This document shows, piece by piece, positions 1 through 9,620 of a DNA stretch of 64,000 bases. Under the pieces are notes generated by a model that made no database searches, was not told the DNA's origin, and saw only the letters and a list, made by a program, of their open reading frames with translations. Both the position numbers and the translations under genes were made by a program. Origin of the DNA: Eledone cirrhosa (Eukaryota); the NCBI GenBank assembly GCA_964016885.1, contig OZ024743.1:302932001-302996000 (forward strand), written 5' to 3'. Position 1 is the stretch's first letter; every line of letters begins with the position of its first letter.

Positions 1-177
1 TTAAAGTTTAACAAAGAATCGCTGCTTTCACCATTAACGGGATCTTCTGAAACTAACAAAGTCAATCTGTGAACGCAGAAGTGAATATTTCCAAAAAACG
101 TTGCAACCGGAGAAAGACAGGAAGACGAGACTTTGGTTCGTGGTGGAAGCGTTCCCTGGCAAAGAACGGGAAAACAC
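1..177 (-). repeat. PLE 3'-terminal repeat (family also at 310-572, 29290-29470, 60545-60780); left arm of an inverted pair
   Basis: Reverse complement matches 310-477; the same sequence ends the PLE remnants at 28212-29470 and 58190-60780. Confidence 0.75.
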
Positions 178-186
178 GAATATAAT

Positions 187-270
187 TGTTTCTCCTTTAG
201 GCACCAGGCCAGCAATTACCCAGTACATTACTGGTACTTTATTTTATCGACCCCGTAAGGATGAAAGGAA
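187..270 (-). mobile_element. 3' fragment of tRNA-derived SINE
   Basis: tgtttctcctttaggcaccaggccagcaattacccagtacattactggtactttattttatcgaccccgtaaggatgaaagg matches the copy at 39777-39960. Confidence 0.8.
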
Positions 271-309
271 AAAACGAATATAATACGTCATTATTTGGAG
301 CGGTTAAAA

Positions 310-572
310 TGTTTTCCCGTTCTTTGCCAGGGAACCACGAACCAAAGTATCGTCTTCCTGTCTTCCTCCGGTTGCAACGTTTTTTGAAATAGTCACTTCT
401 GAGTTCACAGATTGACTCTGTTAGCTTCAGAAGATCCCGGTAAGGGTGAAAGCAGCGATTCTTCACTTAAACTTTAATCTGTTATTTTAATAAATGTTTG
501 CTCTGCGGTTCTTATATATTTGATATATAGTTATCCTTATCGAGCCCTCTTTGGATTTTAGTCTTCAAATTA
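310..572 (+). repeat. PLE 3'-terminal repeat, right arm of the inverted pair
   Basis: Colinear with 60545-60781; ends in (TA)n. Confidence 0.75.
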
Positions 573-3024
573 TATATATATATATATATGTATATATATA
601 CATTTAGGTTTGTTGGCTCACCACTGGATAGAACTGGTCATTCCGTATAGTCAACCTTGATGTCATATTAGGGAGAGCACTCGACGTAATGCAACTCACC
701 CGTCTTCGTTTGTGTCGTTGGTGGTGCGAGTACGGAGTTAATTATTATAAAATAACAGAAGGCTGGACTGGTCTAATTTTTTAAAGTTATATTATACTAT
801 GAACATTTCAATGACCGGGTTCAGTATTAATCCGGTGACATCATCAGGTATTCGAAATGTAACAAAGGAATATAATACACACAATCCATGGGGCTAAAAA
901 GGCAGAGGGACAGGAAGGCGGCCAAACATTTTGCAGTTTCTAGTCCGGTCGGACGCCTTCATATATATACTTTATATATATATTTGAAACCCGAATCAGA
1001 AATATAGCTCGTTACGTAAATGCCATTTATTTTATGCATTCTATCAGGAAAGCGTGGCCTTAAACCCAAATAATCTTAACAGTTGGAACTCAGCTATTAA
1101 TCACCATGAAAATCATATAATATTCACAATCTCACGTGCATCACATATACCTGAATTCCGTTACAAACCAAATCATTCAGAGCCAAAATTTATTTACCGA
1201 TTCCTAATGTTTGTTAATTCTCTCGGTGGAAAAATGCATCCATATCAATTTCGTGATGCAGCAACACATAGAAATATCCAAGATAGTTTCCAATCAAAGG
1301 ACATATGAATGGTTGACACAGAATCGTTTGACTATCTTCCCTTAAAGTTTCTCTCGCCCAAGTATTGTCTCCACTCTCTTGCTGTTAAAACTGCTGGATA
1401 GACATTTGCACTGCAGCTTTGGATATTATTATGTTGTCTCATCTCAATCATCCCAAACACATACTGTGTTACGGCTCAAGCTTTCTGCCCGTACGTTTCT
1501 TCCGAACGTTTCAGTCCTTTGGCTTCATTTTAGCATAATTTCATTCGTGTGTGTTTTCTATGAACAATACAAAATAATTGTCCATCACTTGTTGTAACAC
1601 ATCAATTTCAACGGTATCTGGATTACTTCAAAGTTGTTGAGTAGAGCTCATTCTTCTAATTGAATCAAGTGATTCTCTATTTTTAATATGATACTCACGT
1701 AAGAATATGGCGGTAATGCGGTTTTTGGTTAAAGTTCACTCTGCACAAAATTCAACATCCGATCGTTTTGGTCAGACTGTTTACATTCCTAACATTTTTA
1801 ATGAGCGTCAATATTGCAAGCAAACTGAGGAGAGATCAAATGCGAGCTTAATTTAGATTATTTTTTGTGTTATATCTCAAAACCTGGAACACACTACCCG
1901 TACTGTTTAAAGTTTCCAATTCCAATAGCGTAGCTTATATTGATTTAAGTAGCACCATATCAGTTAGATAAGATGGAATCCGCGACGTCAAAACATGTGA
2001 TCATACGTCTTCCAATTCAGCAAAGATGTCAGTACACAGGCTGAAAGGATATGCTCAGTAAGTTAAAAAAATAATATGCCATGAAATTATTTGAGATGAT
2101 GTCGCATAGAAACTCATGGAATTCGTGTATGGTAGATGAAGAGTTTCATCTAACTATCAGTGGAACTGTTGTGGGAAAGATGTTATTATAATTTAATCAT
2201 AAGATGCACCACATGTGCAAATCAATAAATAACTTTCAGTAAATACCATTCTAGGAGATATAACTGAAATATATGTAAGAGATGCATAAGGATCAAAATA
2301 CTTTCAAACAATGTATCAAATGAATTGAAAGTCTTCCAGCGAGAATTAAAAAAATTAAATGTAAATTGAACGTACATCACAAATTCACAAGAATTCTTGG
2401 ATACAACAGAGAGAGGAACTACTCATTTTTTTGAAAATATTATTGATGGATGTGTATTTGGTTGTTTGAAAAGAGTCAATATAGATCGTAATAAATGTTC
2501 ATCAGGGGAAGCTAGAACAAACCGATTAGGCGTTAGGGACATTAATTATATTGTAAATCAATCAACGCCCAGTCTTTTCTAATACATAAGATAGATTTAT
2601 TCCGCCATTTATTTTATTTTTTAGAATTATCAGTAGTTGTTAAACAAAACGTTAATATAGGAACATTTTTATCATGCCGTAGAAATTCAAACATTCAAAT
2701 ATTAACTGATTGACCATTCAATACTGGCAGGTAGTGTGTAGAAAATTGATTCTTAAGAAAGATAAATGCGTTAGGGATATCGAAATTTAAGCCAGGTCCA
2801 TCATCTGGATGTGTACTTAGATTAACATAACTAACTTAATGAATATCAGGTTTGTTGGAGGCTAAGAATATATTTTTCAGTGATAGCGTGATTTATGGAT
2901 GAGGGTATTCTTGTGATCGTAGGTTTCCTGGTTGACTGTATGCAAAGGAAGTTCTAAGAATATATGGATATGTGTGTATAAACGTGTGGTGTATATGAAA
3001 TCATATAGGATATGATTATGTATA

Positions 3025-3054
3025 ACACACACACACACACACGCACATACAAAC

Positions 3055-3141
<87 letters not shown>
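3025..3141. repeat. (CA)n/(TA)n microsatellite
   Basis: Seen directly. Confidence 0.95.
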
Positions 3142-3145
<4 letters not shown>

Positions 3146-3477
3146 AAACAGTGAAATATAAAGGTATTATATTTCGTTGGGTTGTTTGTCCCAACACATA
3201 CAGTCTGCCATAAGAGCAATGGTGTATATCCAGGTAGATTCTTGAAGGTATATGAAAGTTCTAATTATAAGCAATCCCGTGATTACCGTTTAATTAGAGA
3301 AATAATTTATAATCTATAATTATTTATAAAGGGATCTCACCCCAACATGAAATATGATACTCTATCAGAACTGATAATATAACCATCGCAACGAGTTCTC
3401 TTTCCTTAATCACCACACCTGTAACCAGCCGGATGGCTGAAACTGGTAAGAGAGTAAAATAGTGATATACATATATT

Positions 3478-3669
3478 GTGTGTGTGTGTGCACGCGTGTG
3501 TGTATGCGTGTGTGTGTGTGTGTGTGTGTGTGTGCCTTTGTGTATGCGTGTGTGTGGGTGTGTGTGTAAGTGTCTGTTAGCAAATAAATATATCTCTTTA
3601 TATACGTATATATATATACGTGAATCTATATATACGTGTAAATATATATACGTGTATATATTTATATAC

Positions 3670-3715
<46 letters not shown>

Positions 3716-3738
3716 ATAATATTAATAATAATAATAAT
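3478..3738. repeat. (TG)n, (TA)n, then imperfect (TAA)n forming the left edge of the array
   Basis: Seen directly. Confidence 0.9.
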
Positions 3739-3997
3739 GATTTCATTTATTGGCCACAAGGGCCGACATATAGGGGACAACACAATAGACAGGGACAGTG
3801 GGGGTTTACATAGAGATCGAGTAAGTATAAATAACAAAAAAACAAAAACAAAATAACAATAAAAATACAACAATGAAAGTTCCCCAATAAGAGGGATCAC
3901 CACCCAGGGTTGACTCAAGCACCCCACCAGTCCTGAGCCACCCGACGCTCCTAGGGCACCCGGGAAGGGCACCCCTCTCCTTCTCGAATTCACCAGC

Positions 3998-6900
3998 CTA
4001 CAGGCGCATGATCAGAGTAGGCCCACTCACGCGGGCCATTCTCGCCACATTCACCCACCTTTCAGTAAATGTACTGGGGGGCAGCACTTCTCTCTCCACC
4101 CTCACCTTCCTTTCCAAGTGAAACTTGAAGAAGTTGATGAGGGATTGGCCGAAGAGAAAAGTGTCTGTCTTCAGTCCTTTCAACCTGGTCCACCATGCAA
4201 CCTCTTTCGCTACTGCCACCAGGCAGAGGAAAATTGCCTGCCCTTCCTGACCAAAAGAAGGCGGCGGGTCAATCTTCACTATGGACTCGGACGATAGCCG
4301 GATCCGTTCTACACGCGACAATAGCTGTTCGACATAACCCCACAAGTCAGCAATGCACGGACACTGGACGAGTGCGTGCAGAACGGTTTCGTCGCTCTGC
4401 GCGCATCTCGGGCAGGTTCGTCTGACAGCACTTCCGTGCCTGTAGAGTTTATCCCGAACCGGCAGCGCCCCCCGGTAGCACTGCCAAGCGAGGGATTTCT
4501 GGAAGTTATCCATCGTCCCCGGCTCGAAAGTCCTCCGGAACATACTGGTCAGTTCTACTTCGTTGACGCCCAGAGCCTCTCCTAGTACGTCATCGCACTT
4601 GCCCTCCACTAATCCTCTATAGAAATCTTGAGTGGAAGTTCCACTGACCGCATTGCCCACCTTGCAGAGTGCAGTGAGCGCCTGGCAACATTCCAGATGC
4701 CAGTCGCCCAGTCTCGGTCTCTTCTTGACCCAGGACTGCAGCTCAGTCAAAGAGATGAGCTGCGGAAAGGCCCGTCTAACAAACGGCGACCACACCTGTT
4801 CACCGTTTAGGCAAAATATCTGGAGATGTCGCAGCCTCAGCGCATGCCTGCGCATCATTAGCCACGGCATGCCCAGCCCTCCACGAAGAGGGTGCTGGCA
4901 GCAGATGGACCGCCTCACCAACGGGACCCGTCCCCTCCACAAAAATTTGAAAAGGAGCCGTTCCAAATTGGCGAGGCGTGGACGGGGGCAAGGCACGACG
5001 GTCAGGCGGTAGTAGATGACGGACGCGATGTACGCGTTCGCCACCTCCGCCCGCCCTTTCAGTGATAGCTTTCTCTCAGCCCATTTCTGGGTGAGGTTGG
5101 CTATCCTGCTCGTCACCTCGTCCCAATTCTTATCCACCTGGAGGTCTGGTCCGAACCAAACCCCGAGCAACTTTATCGGTCCGTCTGTCCAGCGCCCAAC
5201 GACGCTGTTGGACGGCATGGACTTGCCTCTCCAGGTGCCGAGCTGCAAGCCCACCGACTTTTCCGGGTTAAGTTTTGCTCCCGTCAACCTTTCATATTCC
5301 TCCAAATGGGTGCGGATCACCTCGATTTCCGAGGTGTCCGACACCATCACGGTGATGTCGTCTGCATAAGCGGACGCAGCCTTTCTGCGTCCCGGTTCGA
5401 GCGGGATGCCCTGCAACAACTCCAGCTTCCGCAGTAGAGGCTCAAGAGTCAATACGTACAGAAGTGAGGAGAGAGGGCACCCTTGACGGACCGATCGAGA
5501 GATCTGAAACGGTTCCGAGAGGTGGCCATTAACTTTGACCACCGAGCGGATGCCGCTGTACATTGCAGCGATCCAGCTTCTGAAGACGGGGCCGAAGCCA
5601 GCCGCCTCGAGGACAGCCTCCAAGTACCGATGGTCGACCCTATCGAATGCTTTCGATTGATCTAAATTGATCAGAGCCCCACCGAAGCCAGGTTTGCACC
5701 CAACCCTCTCTATGATGTATCGCATGAGGTGGAGGTTGTCGTGTATGGACCTGGTCGGGATTGCGCAAGTTTGCGCCTCCCCAACCAAATCTTTGACGAC
5801 AAGCGCCAACCTTTTCGCTAACACCTTGGCCAAAATCTTAAACTCTGTGTTGAGCAGGGTTATGGGCCTGAAATTATCTAGTGTGTCCCTCTTGTTCTCG
5901 TCTTTCCTTATCAGCGTCACTACGCCACGGCTCACAGAACTGGGAATGCTCCCGTTCTGCTGCCAGTTGCAGTAGAGCGCTTCGAGGAGATCGGAGAACA
6001 AGTCTGGCATATTTACGTAAAGCTCGTAGGGCAGACCATCCAAACCGGGTGACTTGCGACTCGAGCAGCCGACAAGGGCGTCCTGAATTTCGGCTGATGT
6101 TATCGGCTCTTCGCAGCGCTCAGCGTCGGCCGTCGAGAGGCGTGGCAAGCCGTCGAGGTAGGGACTGAAGTCCGCCGCCATCTCCGACTCACCCATCCTC
6201 CCGAACAATCGAGCAAAGTGCTGGCGAAAGGCCTCACACATCTGCTTGGAATCGCTCAGTTCGTGTCCATCTCGATCCGTCAAAGACCGAATTGTGGTTT
6301 TATTTCCACGCTGCGTCTCTGCAAAGCGAGCCCATCGGGCAGCTTTGGTTCCCTCGTTCCTCAGAGCACGCGCCTTAGCTCTGACAATGCAACCTTCGTG
6401 TTTCGCATTGAAGAAATGGTCTAGTGCCATTCTCGCCGCTAGCACGTCTGTTGCAATGCCACTACAAATAGCCTCGTCTAACTTAGCTATCAGCCCCTCC
6501 TCCTTTCTATTTTTCTCTATTGCTACTTCTTTGCTAAATCCTATCGAGGTTGCTCTAATCTCTCTTTTGAGTGCCCCCCACCACCTGTTGTTGACAACCC
6601 CCCCTGTCAACTTTTGCTTAACTAAGTTGTTGACCCGGTCCCTGTAAGCTTTACGTGCCGGAAACGACATGTTTAGCTTCCAGTAGCTAGGTCCTAACCT
6701 ACGTGTCTTATCTAGGTCGACCATACAGATCACAAGCTTGTGATCTGAATAGGCAACCGTTTTAAAATGTGGACATCCTACACTATTTCTATCTCTTTTC
6801 CTAATGAAAATCCTATCTATGTACGATCTAGATGACCCTATGCGATTGGTCCAGGTCCATACTGGCGCATTAGGGAAATCTAGTCGGTACCTGTCAGACA

Positions 6901-7417
6901 GTTGAAACTGGCTGATCAGGTACTTGAGGCTTTTGCACCCCCCGCTCCTATCAGATACTCCCACACAATCCCAGCGTGCTTCTAAGATGCCATTCCAATC
7001 CCCTATTAACAGTAAAGGGCGAGACGTAAGCAGAAAGTTTTCCAGGCGCCTAAAGAAGTCCGGCCGACCGGCCCCAGTAGGAGCGTAGACGGCCACCAGT
7101 CTAAAGGCACCACCTTCGCTATTGCTCACGTCCAGGACCACCAACTTTCCGTCAGGATCCCGGAAGATTGACCTTACCTCGAGATCCAGACATTTCCTAA
7201 ACAGCACAGCCACTCCACCTCCCATTCCCGGCCGACTAACAGATGCAAAGATCTGATAATCGTCGAAAATCGGCGCCAGTGCGCGTGTGTCGGAAATTCT
7301 GGTCTCGCTGATGGCAATTACATCCATTCCTAGTGACCTGAGGTCGTTGAGCAAGTGACCTTGCTTCCAGGGCGACCCCAGGCCACGAACATTTAAACTT
7401 CCTACTCTTATGGCCAT
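3998..7417 (-). CDS. Tx1-A ORF2: APE endonuclease + reverse transcriptase + C-terminal CCHC, 1139 aa, intact
   Basis: SLNVRGL, VYAP, GDWN, YIDRIF, SDHK (APE); KSPGLDG, RPITLLN, DQSKAFDRV, QGCPLS, YADD (RT); CPRC..ETVLHALVQC. Confidence 0.95.
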   Translation of the reverse strand: MAIRVGSLNVRGLGSPWKQGHLLNDLRSLGMDVIAISETRISDTRALAPIFDDYQIFASVSRPGMGGGVAVLFRKCLDLEVRSIFRDPDGKLVVLDVSNSEGGAFRLVAVYAPTGAGRPDFFRRLENFLLTSRPLLLIGDWNGILEARWDCVGVSDRSGGCKSLKYLISQFQLSDRYRLDFPNAPVWTWTNRIGSSRSYIDRIFIRKRDRNSVGCPHFKTVAYSDHKLVICMVDLDKTRRLGPSYWKLNMSFPARKAYRDRVNNLVKQKLTGGVVNNRWWGALKREIRATSIGFSKEVAIEKNRKEEGLIAKLDEAICSGIATDVLAARMALDHFFNAKHEGCIVRAKARALRNEGTKAARWARFAETQRGNKTTIRSLTDRDGHELSDSKQMCEAFRQHFARLFGRMGESEMAADFSPYLDGLPRLSTADAERCEEPITSAEIQDALVGCSSRKSPGLDGLPYELYVNMPDLFSDLLEALYCNWQQNGSIPSSVSRGVVTLIRKDENKRDTLDNFRPITLLNTEFKILAKVLAKRLALVVKDLVGEAQTCAIPTRSIHDNLHLMRYIIERVGCKPGFGGALINLDQSKAFDRVDHRYLEAVLEAAGFGPVFRSWIAAMYSGIRSVVKVNGHLSEPFQISRSVRQGCPLSSLLYVLTLEPLLRKLELLQGIPLEPGRRKAASAYADDITVMVSDTSEIEVIRTHLEEYERLTGAKLNPEKSVGLQLGTWRGKSMPSNSVVGRWTDGPIKLLGVWFGPDLQVDKNWDEVTSRIANLTQKWAERKLSLKGRAEVANAYIASVIYYRLTVVPCPRPRLANLERLLFKFLWRGRVPLVRRSICCQHPLRGGLGMPWLMMRRHALRLRHLQIFCLNGEQVWSPFVRRAFPQLISLTELQSWVKKRPRLGDWHLECCQALTALCKVGNAVSGTSTQDFYRGLVEGKCDDVLGEALGVNEVELTSMFRRTFEPGTMDNFQKSLAWQCYRGALPVRDKLYRHGSAVRRTCPRCAQSDETVLHALVQCPCIADLWGYVEQLLSRVERIRLSSESIVKIDPPPSFGQEGQAIFLCLVAVAKEVAWWTRLKGLKTDTFLFGQSLINFFKFHLERKVRVEREVLPPSTFTERWVNVARMARVSGPTLIMRL

Positions 7418-7446
7418 GCTGGCAGGATGAATGGGAGAGGAAAGGT

Positions 7447-9357
7447 TTACTTACCTTCCGGGGTCTTGTGAAGGTCGGGTGGTTCGACCTCCATGGTTTG
7501 TGGGGTTTCTTTTGGGAACCCCTTTAATAGTCTTGACGTGGGTTTTACGTTCGGGGTTCCCACATCCCGAGGAAAGCTCTTTCGAATTTCTTTGTATGAA
7601 GCGAGCGACATTCGCATCAGAAGCAAATTATCTGGTACGCGAAATGTGCTCGCTTCAAATGTTTCCCCGTCTTTTTCGATGTTTGTGCTTCGTGCTACAT
7701 GGGCCATCAATTCCTTGTTGGCCCTTCTGGCAAGCACGAAGTTTTTAATGTTTTGTTGCTCGGGTTTTATTTGTTCGTGTGATTGTGGTGGTGATAGCTT
7801 TGTTAGTGTTGTTTCTATTGTGTCTGCGTTTGTTGTGGGTGGGGTGTCTGTAGTTTCTGATGTTTGTGTGTCTATTTGTTCTTGTGTCTGTTTAGCTTGT
7901 TTGCGTTTGGGGGATTTTGGTGGTTGTGTTGGTGATGCTGTGGGGAAAATGTTTGTGTGGGTGGTGTGTGTATTTTTTTTTGTGGGGGTGTTTGTGCTTT
8001 GTGGATTTCTTTTTTTTTTGTGTTTTGTTTTTTGTATTTTGGGGGACTTTGGTTTTCCCTCATCTTCACTGCTGGAGGATGAGGGGTCTGTGGCTGTGAG
8101 CGTGTTTGTGTCTGAGTGAGTGTTTATGTTCTTGTTCGTGTGTGTATTTTGGGGGGGAGGGGGAATGGGAGAGCTTTCCTCGTTTCCCCCCTGGGTGTGC
8201 AATTTTGGTGGTTCCATTGTTAACGGTGTTGCTGGTGGTCCTTGTCCCGGCGTCGCCAGCAGTGGAATCTTTCGACCCCTTGCGCTTTTCGGCAGTTGAG
8301 GGCAGAAGGCTCGCAAGTGTGTCGTTTCCCCACAAAGGAAACAATGCGGCCTTTTGCCCTCAGTCATTATATGCAACACCCTCCCGTTTTGGAGGCGGAT
8401 GTGGTCCGGGATTGTTTTTACGTTTTCGGGTCTGATTTGGAGCAGTATCTCCAGATCAACCCCGGACCAGTCGTCCCTGGCAGTTCTCGTTGCCTCTACC
8501 GGGACTGTATCCGTTCCTTCCACGATTACGCAACCCAGGAGCCACCACATATCAAGTCCTGGTGGAATCCTGGGAATGCGCACACGTGCTATTCGTTTTC
8601 CCATGTGGGAGGGGTACATTATGACCTTGCTGGTTTTGCAAGGGGTCATTGAATGCTTCACAGCGAGGGCTTCAGACTTGAACAGCACCGAAACGGTGCC
8701 GTATTGCCTGCCCCTCTCTATGAAGTCTGTGTCCTCTCTGATGTATTTCAGTGCGGCTTCTATGTCAGCTTGGGCGATTATCGCTGCCCTCTTTGTCTCT
8801 ACTGAGATGCATCTGAAATGCACCGTTCTTTTTTCCACTGCCTCAATGGCTTCTGCCGGGACAGTTAAGTTTGCCCAGGTCTGCTCTTGATTTATGATTT
8901 TCCAGGCCTGGGCCAACTTTTCCTCTCTGTTGGTTAAGTCGATGCTGTAGCATGGTCTCCTTTTAGCCGCTGCCACAGCAGCGAAAGTGTTCTTGTTGGT
9001 GTTGTCACTGTTGTTGTTCTTGTTGGTGTTGCTGCTGCTATTGCTGTTGTTGTTCTCCCCTGTGTCGTGGTTACCTTCTGTGCTGTTGGCCTTGTTGGTG
9101 CTGCTGCTGTCGCTACTATTACTCTCTGTGCTGTTCGTTTTGTTGGTGCTCTCGCTATTACCACCTTCTGCGCTGTTCGGCTTGTTGGTGTTGGTGTTGT
9201 CGCTGTTACCACCTTCCGCGCCGCTCGGCCCGTTGGTGCTGGCACTGTCGCTGCTCACATTCGTGCTGGTGGCGCTCCTCGCCTCACCTCTCCTCTCAAC
9301 GCTCAAGTCGCCGTTGCACGACAGCAGACCCGCCTCTAGGGGGCGTGGCTCCGCCAT
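7447..9357 (-). CDS. Tx1-A ORF1 (gag-like nucleic-acid-binding protein), 636 aa, intact
   Basis: Directly upstream of ORF2; zinc knuckle CFLCGETTHLRAFC (CX2CX4HX4C); low-complexity S/N/T and P/T/K segments. Confidence 0.85.
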   Translation of the reverse strand: MAEPRPLEAGLLSCNGDLSVERRGEARSATSTNVSSDSASTNGPSGAEGGNSDNTNTNKPNSAEGGNSESTNKTNSTESNSSDSSSTNKANSTEGNHDTGENNNSNSSSNTNKNNNSDNTNKNTFAAVAAAKRRPCYSIDLTNREEKLAQAWKIINQEQTWANLTVPAEAIEAVEKRTVHFRCISVETKRAAIIAQADIEAALKYIREDTDFIERGRQYGTVSVLFKSEALAVKHSMTPCKTSKVIMYPSHMGKRIARVRIPRIPPGLDMWWLLGCVIVEGTDTVPVEATRTARDDWSGVDLEILLQIRPENVKTIPDHIRLQNGRVLHIMTEGKRPHCFLCGETTHLRAFCPQLPKSARGRKIPLLATPGQGPPATPLTMEPPKLHTQGGNEESSPIPPPPQNTHTNKNINTHSDTNTLTATDPSSSSSEDEGKPKSPKIQKTKHKKKRNPQSTNTPTKKNTHTTHTNIFPTASPTQPPKSPKRKQAKQTQEQIDTQTSETTDTPPTTNADTIETTLTKLSPPQSHEQIKPEQQNIKNFVLARRANKELMAHVARSTNIEKDGETFEASTFRVPDNLLLMRMSLASYKEIRKSFPRDVGTPNVKPTSRLLKGFPKETPQTMEVEPPDLHKTPEGK

Positions 9358-9567
9358 GTTTTTTTGAGAAAAAAATTATTATTTTTTTTCAAAATAAAGT
9401 TCAAATATTTGGGCCAAAAGGCCCAAATATTATGAGTTATTCCTTCACAGGATACAAATTAATGTCTTATAATGCTTCAGCGGTACAAAAAATAAACAAT
9501 TCTCTACAATTAATCCTCAAAAATTGCTTACTCACGGAGCTTCAAAAAACGTACATCCACTTTCGTC

Positions 9568-9620
<53 letters not shown>
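9568..9620. repeat. (TAA)n between the 5' ends of Tx1-A and Dong-A1
   Basis: Seen directly. Confidence 0.95.

Larger units (their letters stand above)
3739..9567 (-). mobile_element. Full-length L1/Tx1-clade non-LTR retrotransposon (Tx1-A)
   Basis: ~210-nt 5' UTR, ORF1 and ORF2 separated by 29 nt, 3' UTR ending AATAAAtGAAATC; (ATT)n on both flanks. Confidence 0.92.

Noticed and set aside
1000-2400. Possible Tc1/mariner relic (ESLPARI-like ending near 2330)
   Set aside because: No DDE/D motif or terminal inverted repeats found
3418-3449. Hammerhead-like agcc-ggat-ggct-GAAAC
   Set aside because: Core CTGTAAC too degenerate and no helix I
2877-3856. ORFs rich in YIYI/CVCV (also at 34.0, 38.0, 41.0, 52.2, 53.4 kb)
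   Set aside because: Translations of dinucleotide microsatellites
4195-9367. Many short antisense ORFs over the LINEs
   Set aside because: Shadow frames with no motifs
9404-9431. Histone 3' stem-loop
   Set aside because: Does not match the 6-bp stem/UUUC consensus and lies in a 5' UTR
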